Origin: an uncultured Chloroflexia bacterium
GTDB taxonomy: Bacteria; Chloroflexota; Limnocylindria; Limnocylindrales; CSP1-4
DNA length: 64,000 nucleotides
Direction of reading: 5' to 3'
Assembly: GCA_963828165.1 (NCBI GenBank)
Contig: CAWHDR010000001.1
Span: 1,376,001-1,440,000, forward strand
The notes under the pieces were generated by a model that was not told the origin of the DNA, did no database searches, and saw only the letters and a list, made by a program, of their open reading frames with translations. This document shows, in pieces, positions 58,800 to 64,000 of this stretch (position 1 is its first letter; each line of letters begins with the position of its first letter). The position numbers were made by a program, and so were the translations under genes.

Positions 58800-59760
58800 A
58801 TGACCGCTGTTGCCACGACCGGGATCACGCGCCGACTGCTCGACCGCGGCATCCGTCGTTCCAAGCCCACGGACGAGTGAGCGGAAGCTGGCGCTCGGCC
58901 GCCAGCTCATCATCCAGGTCATCCTCCTGCTGATCACGTTGACGGTGCTCTTCCCGCTCATCTGGATCTTCAGCATGGCGCTCGATCCCCGAAACCTGGC
59001 CCGGCCCGATGGTCTTGACCTCATCCCACCCGGGGCATCGCTCGAGGCCTTCGGCAAGGTGATCGCGCAGCCCACGAGCAATCCGATCTCATTCATCGAG
59101 CTCGCGTTGAACAGCCTGAAGGTCGCGATCGGAAGCTCCGTGATCGCGGTCGGGCTCGGCATCACCGCCGCGTATGCGTTCTCGCGGCTGAAGTTCCGCG
59201 GCCGCGCGTGGCTGATGATCGCGGTCCTCGGCGTGCTGATGTTGCCGTCCGTGGCGACGATCATCCCGCTGTTCATCTTCCTGAACCAGTTCCGGATCGA
59301 GTTCGGCGATCTGACCTTCAACCTGCGCAACTCCCTCGTCGGGGTGACGCTGGCCGTGATCGCCGGCCAGCTGCCCTTTGCGATCTGGAATCTGAAGGGC
59401 TATCTCGACACGATCCCGCGAGACCTCGAGGAGGCGGCGGCCGTCGACGGAGCGACGCAGAACCAGATCTTCCGCAAGGTCGTCCTGCCGCTCGCGATCC
59501 CAGCGATCGCGGTGACGGGCTTCCTGGGCTTCCTCGGTGGTTGGACGGAATACCTGACCGTCGCGCTGTTCGTCAGCGAGGTCAGCGACTGGACGCTGTC
59601 ACTGGCGCTCAACAGCATGGTCGGGCAGTTCGCGCGGACCACGAACTGGTCCCAGTTCGCGGCGTTCGCCATCCTGTTCGCGGCCCCCGTCTCGATCGTG
59701 TTCTTCGTCTTCCAGCGCTACCTCGTTGGCGGCCTGGCCGTCGGTGGCGTGAAGGGCTGA
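58800..59760 (+). CDS. Sugar ABC permease (MalG-like); probable +1 frameshift at 58866-58868
   Basis: KGYLDTIPRDLEEAAAVDGA, C-terminal GGVKG; RBS-led ATG 58800 joins the main frame if one C is removed. Confidence 0.9.
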
Positions 59761-60189
59761 GCCTCGGCCTCAGCGGACATTCGTCGCAGGTGGAGCGCGT
59801 CGAACCACGGCTTGTGCCGGAGCAGGATCGCCACGACCAGGACGTCGGCGATCCCGAGCATCAATGAGAGTGGACTCGCGCCGGCGCCGAGCAGGTCCAG
59901 GAACCCGAGCACGGCCGCAAGGTTGATGCCCACGAGCCAGAAGCGACCGAGCCGGATGAGCAGGCCGACCACGATCGATCCGATCGCCAGCACGATCGTC
60001 ACGGCGAAGAGCGGCTCGGTCCCCGGCGGAAGGCCCGGCATGCTGGAGATCCCGCCGATCAGGTTGACGACGCCTCCGACGATCAGGAGCGCGGCCGCCA
60101 GCTCGACCGCGATCGGCCGCGGCGGCGGTGGCGGCCCCGGCGTGTCCGCGACCAGGTCCGACTCCGTCGGGGCGTGTGTGGCGCGTCAC
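59718..60189 (-). CDS. 4-TM membrane protein; probable +1 frameshift at 60169-60172
   Basis: Hydrophobic frame extends upstream of ATG 60041 with no in-frame start; GTG 60189 overlapping the amylase stop joins it after removing one base. Confidence 0.6.
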
Positions 60190-61886
60190 ACGCCGAGCTC
60201 GATGACGACGGCTCCGCGCGGGCCGAGTCGCGGGACCGGGACGTAGGCGTCGAACCCGCCGGTCGTGCCAACGACGGGATCGGCGGCCGCCCCCGACCCG
60301 TAGACGACGCGCGCGGATGGCGCGCCGCACAACGGCCCGTCATCGAGGCTGAGGACCGGGGACTCCACCGTCTCGTCGGCAAGGTTGACCATGACGAGCA
60401 GCGCCTGTCCGGGCACGTAGCGGAGATACGCGACGACCGACGGAGCCGCCGCCTCGACGGGGAGCTGATCGCCGATCGCCAGCGCCCGAGATGCCGTCCT
60501 CAGGCCGACCAATGATCGGTAGGCGGACAACAGCGAGCCGGGGTCCGACGCTTCCGTGGCGACGTCTGTCCCGGCCGGGTCATCGCCGAGCGGTTGCCAC
60601 GGTGCGGCTTCGCTGAACCCGGCCGCCGGCTCCGATGCGTCCCAGCGCATCGGCGTCCGGATGCGCTCGTCCGGCTTCCTGCCAGTCAGCCCGAGCTCCT
60701 CGCCGTAATAGATGAACGGCGTTCCCGTACCGGTCAGGAGGATCGTCGCAGCGGCCCGCGCGGCGTCGACGTCCGCGTCCAGCTCGCTGATGACCCGGTC
60801 CTGGTCGTGGTTCGTCAGGAACGTCGCGAGGCCCCCGGGCGGATAGAGCTCCGCAACCTCTCGCTGCGCCGCGCGGAGCGACCCGGCGTCTCCCGACCGC
60901 AGCGAGGTGATCGTGGCGCTCGCGAGCCCGAAGTCGAACGTCAGATCGAGCGCACCTTCCGTGACGTAGCGCGCCGACATCGAGGACGCGTCCCAGACCT
61001 CGCCCAGCACCAGCGCCTCGGGCTTGGCCTCCTTCAGCGCGCCCCGGAACTCGACCAGCCAATCGAAGGTCGCTTCGGAGTTCTCCAGCTGCCGGCCGTC
61101 CTCGATCAGGTGGCGTGCGGCATCGATCCGGAAGCCGGCGACGCCCATCTCCTCGAGCCAGAACTCGCCGATCGAGCCGAGTTCCGACGTGACCTCCAGA
61201 TTCTCGAGGTTGAGATCCGGCATCCCGTCCCAGAAATAGCCGTAGTAGAACCGCTCACCGTCGGCGTGCCAGACGCGACTCCCGTCGGACCGTGCCACGG
61301 CTGGGCGTTCGTCGGCCCAGATGTACCAATCGTCGTGCTCGGATCCAGGGGTCCGGGCATCCTGGAACCACGGGTGATCCCGAGAGCTGTGGTTGATGAC
61401 GAAGTCGACGACGATGGCGATGCCGCGCTCATCCGCTGCCGCCACCAGCGCCTTGAAGTCGTCGGCGGTGCCGTAGTCGGCCTCGATCGCCCGATAGTCG
61501 ACGACGTCGTAGCCGTGGTAGCTGGGCGACTCGGCGATGGGCATCAACCAGAGTCCGGTGACGCCAAGATCGTCATCCGTGGCCGGGTCGCCGTCGTTCA
61601 GGTAGTCGAGGCGCTCGGTGAGCCCGCGCAGATCGCCGATACCGTCGCCGTCCGAGTCGGCGAAACTTCGGACGAACACCTCGTAGAAGACGCGGTCGGC
61701 CCACCACGGGACGGCCGGCTCGACCGAGGGGACCTCGGGACAGGCAGGCGGGCTGGAGACGACGGCCTGGCTCGCCCCGACGGTTCGTTCGGGCGCTGAT
61801 GGGCCAGCCGTCGGCGTGGCGCTCGCACAGGCTGACACGACGATCGAGAACGCGACGAACGCCGCGACCACAGCACGGGAGGACAT
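60186..61886 (-). CDS. GH13 alpha-amylase family lipoprotein
   Basis: Lipobox VSAC; YEVFVRSFADSDGDGIGD, DFVINH, GFRIDAARH, GEVW, TNHD. Confidence 0.93.
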   Translation of the reverse strand: MSSRAVVAAFVAFSIVVSACASATPTAGPSAPERTVGASQAVVSSPPACPEVPSVEPAVPWWADRVFYEVFVRSFADSDGDGIGDLRGLTERLDYLNDGDPATDDDLGVTGLWLMPIAESPSYHGYDVVDYRAIEADYGTADDFKALVAAADERGIAIVVDFVINHSSRDHPWFQDARTPGSEHDDWYIWADERPAVARSDGSRVWHADGERFYYGYFWDGMPDLNLENLEVTSELGSIGEFWLEEMGVAGFRIDAARHLIEDGRQLENSEATFDWLVEFRGALKEAKPEALVLGEVWDASSMSARYVTEGALDLTFDFGLASATITSLRSGDAGSLRAAQREVAELYPPGGLATFLTNHDQDRVISELDADVDAARAAATILLTGTGTPFIYYGEELGLTGRKPDERIRTPMRWDASEPAAGFSEAAPWQPLGDDPAGTDVATEASDPGSLLSAYRSLVGLRTASRALAIGDQLPVEAAAPSVVAYLRYVPGQALLVMVNLADETVESPVLSLDDGPLCGAPSARVVYGSGAAADPVVGTTGGFDAYVPVPRLGPRGAVVIELGV

Positions 61887-62059
61887 CGATTGGAGTATCG
61901 CATCGGCCGAGAGCGGGGCGGTCATATCGGTACGCCGCGACGACGGCGCGGGCGTGCGTTGCCAGGTCCGCGCGCTCGCTCCCGCGCCTCGGGTGCGCTC
62001 GCTCCCGTGCTCCCCGGCGCCTTCGCCCTCACCGCCGCGCGACGCGCAAGGCCGTTCGA

Positions 62060-63580
62060 GTGAGCGTCGATACGCCCGGCTGGGTGCGGGACGCGGCGTT
62101 CTATCAGATCTTCCCGGATCGGTTCGCCGCCAGCGACCGCGTGCGCAAGCCCGGTTCGGTGGAGCCGTGGGACACGCCACCGACCACACACGGCTTCAAG
62201 GGCGGCGACCTGCTGGGGATCGTGGATCGACTCGACTACCTCGAGGATCTCGGCGTCAACGCGATCTACATGACGCCCATCTTCCAGTCCGCCTCGAACC
62301 ATCGCTACCACACGTACGACTACTTCACGGTCGACCCGCTGCTCGGCGGCGACGCGGCACTCCGCGAATTGCTCGATCGAGCCCACGAGCGCGAGATCCG
62401 CGTCGTCCTCGACGGCGTCTTCAATCACACCGGTCGCGGGTTCTGGGCCTTCCATCACATCCTCGAGGCCGGGGCCGCATCGCCCTACCGCGACTGGTTC
62501 CACCTCGATCCCGACGTGCTCGCCGGTCACCGGCTGTTGACGCCGTACCCGCCGCTCGATGCTCCGACCGGCTTCTCGCTCGGGTACAAGGCATGGTGGG
62601 GCCTCCCGGCGCTCCCGAAGATCAACACCGACCACCCCGACGCCCGGGAATTCCTCATGTCGGTCGCGGAGCACTGGCTGCGCTTCGGCATCGACGGCTG
62701 GCGGCTGGACGTCCCGACCGAGATCGACGACCCGTCGTTCTGGGCGGAATTCCGGCGACGATGCCGGGCGATCCGCCCCGACGCGTATCTCGTGGGCGAG
62801 ATCTGGGAAGTCGCGCCGGACTGGGTCGGCGACGATGGCTTCGATGCGCTCATGGACTATCCGCTGGGCGAAGCGATCCTGGGGTTCGTCGGCGGGCCCA
62901 GCCTGGATATGGGCGTGGTCCGAGCCCACCACGAGTACCGCCGGCATCTCCGGCGACTCGACGGTCCCGCCTTTGGGACTCGCCTCGACGAGCTGCTGGG
63001 CGTGTACGACCCGGACGTCGTCGCGGTGCAGCTCAACCTCATCGGATCGCACGACGCACCACGGGCGCTGGCGGTCCTGGGCGGGGATCTCGCGGCGCTG
63101 CGCATGGCGACGCTGCTCCAGTGCACCTTGCCCGGGGCCCCGTCCATCTACTACGGCGACGAGATCGGCCTGACGGGCGGCAACGATCCGGCCAACCGCG
63201 CTTCCTTCCCGTGGGACGCGGATCGCTGGGATGCCGCGCTGCACCGCTATGTCCGGTCGCTGCTCCGGCTGCGATCGTCCGAGCCCGCCCTGCGGCATGG
63301 ATCGACGATCGCCCTCGCCGCGGCCGGTGCGGCATTCGCCTTCGAGCGACGCCTGGACGGAGGGCGCCTCGTCGTCGCCGTCAACGCTGGCGTGGATGCG
63401 GCCGTCCTCGAGGCGTCACTAGAGGGCGTCGACCGGGGACGGCTCGAGCCCGTGGACCTCGACGGCGCCGAGCCTGATGGCCCCACGGCTGGCGCCGACG
63501 AGACCGTTGAGGTCATTTCCGGGGCGGTCCGCTTGGTCGTCCCGGCACGCACGGGGCGGGTCCTGCGTCTCGCGGACTGA
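62060..63580 (+). CDS. GH13 cyclomaltodextrinase/neopullulanase-like cytoplasmic enzyme
   Basis: FYQIFPDRF, SNHRYHTYDY, DGVFNH, GWRLDV, GEIW, GSHD. Confidence 0.93.
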   Translation: MSVDTPGWVRDAAFYQIFPDRFAASDRVRKPGSVEPWDTPPTTHGFKGGDLLGIVDRLDYLEDLGVNAIYMTPIFQSASNHRYHTYDYFTVDPLLGGDAALRELLDRAHEREIRVVLDGVFNHTGRGFWAFHHILEAGAASPYRDWFHLDPDVLAGHRLLTPYPPLDAPTGFSLGYKAWWGLPALPKINTDHPDAREFLMSVAEHWLRFGIDGWRLDVPTEIDDPSFWAEFRRRCRAIRPDAYLVGEIWEVAPDWVGDDGFDALMDYPLGEAILGFVGGPSLDMGVVRAHHEYRRHLRRLDGPAFGTRLDELLGVYDPDVVAVQLNLIGSHDAPRALAVLGGDLAALRMATLLQCTLPGAPSIYYGDEIGLTGGNDPANRASFPWDADRWDAALHRYVRSLLRLRSSEPALRHGSTIALAAAGAAFAFERRLDGGRLVVAVNAGVDAAVLEASLEGVDRGRLEPVDLDGAEPDGPTAGADETVEVISGAVRLVVPARTGRVLRLAD

Positions 63581-63623
63581 GGCCCACCGTCCGCTCGGGC
63601 GCGTCGCCCTATACTCGCGTCCC

Positions 63624-64000
63624 GTGGCAGACCTTCCGATCGACTTGGCGCCCCCGCTCGCCGCACGACTCGCCCGGGCGCTGGATGTCGAGGGAAAGCT
63701 CACCCGTGCGCTCGACGACCTCGGGCCGATCAGGGATCGAGATGTGGTCCTCGTCGATGGCGCCGGCGGACTCCGCGCGCGGCAGCTCACCGAGCTCGAC
63801 GCACGGGTCACGCTCGTCGACTCGAATGGACCGGCGCGCTTCGCTGCGCCCCATGGCTCCGCCGACGTGGTCGTCGCGTTCTGGTCGGCGTTTCGGGACG
63901 GAGCCCTCGATCAAGTCGGGCAGGCTCGGCGGCTGCTGCGGCCCGGCGGCCGGTTACTCGCGGTCCACGACTATGGCCGGGACGACGTTGCGGGCCTGCG
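63624..64000 (+). CDS. Class I SAM-methyltransferase-like protein (partial, runs off the window)
   Basis: GTG 8 nt after TATACT; open frame with VVLVDGAGG, ADVVVAFWS, RLLRPGGRLL. Confidence 0.65.
   Translation, partial: MADLPIDLAPPLAARLARALDVEGKLTRALDDLGPIRDRDVVLVDGAGGLRARQLTELDARVTLVDSNGPARFAAPHGSADVVVAFWSAFRDGALDQVGQARRLLRPGGRLLAVHDYGRDDVAGL

Noticed and set aside
10809-60172. Programmed frameshifting or phase variation at the split genes
   Set aside because: Runs are only 2-4 nt, there are no slippery heptamers, the genes are unrelated and all shifts have the same sign; sequencing error is simpler.
5638-63477. Many long antisense or alternate-frame ORFs (e.g. 6081-8408, 27968-30493, 39515-42046, 36884-37336)
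   Set aside because: Shadow ORFs expected at high GC; they overlap well-supported genes and have Arg/Pro/Gly-rich or mirror-repeat composition.

Overview
High-GC bacterial chromosomal window. Gene content and the CGAAC-N4-GTTCG SOS box suggest Chloroflexota, probably Limnocylindria-like (inference). It holds: dnaB, lexA and rplI; a block of multi-TM GT-C-type glycosyltransferase genes; dinB followed by a small gene with two SOS boxes; a folate-dependent histidine-utilisation/C1 cluster (fchA, folD, fhs, hutH, hutU, ftcD, hutI) interrupted by a large ExeM/NucH nuclease; argS; three tandem surface proteins; an ECF sigma/anti-sigma operon; tdh-kbl; a small lower-GC islet; and a LacI-controlled maltodextrin ABC/GH13 locus. 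The best candidates for novelty are: (1) a shared non-canonical C-terminal sorting signal, GAT-x-TP...TLPPTD[TS]L-TM-TP-basic tail, on the three surface proteins, which also share upstream DNA/RNA motifs; (2) an unannotated ~75-nt minus-strand sRNA candidate with an anti-Shine-Dalgarno C-rich tract, in a region where many genes appear leaderless; (3) a DinB with a RecA-NT-like tail next to an SOS-boxed ImuB-C/DUF6504-like small protein. Five single-base insertions in G/C runs look like sequencing errors. I saw no rRNA, tRNA, CRISPR array or transposase. All family calls come from motif recognition, not database searches.
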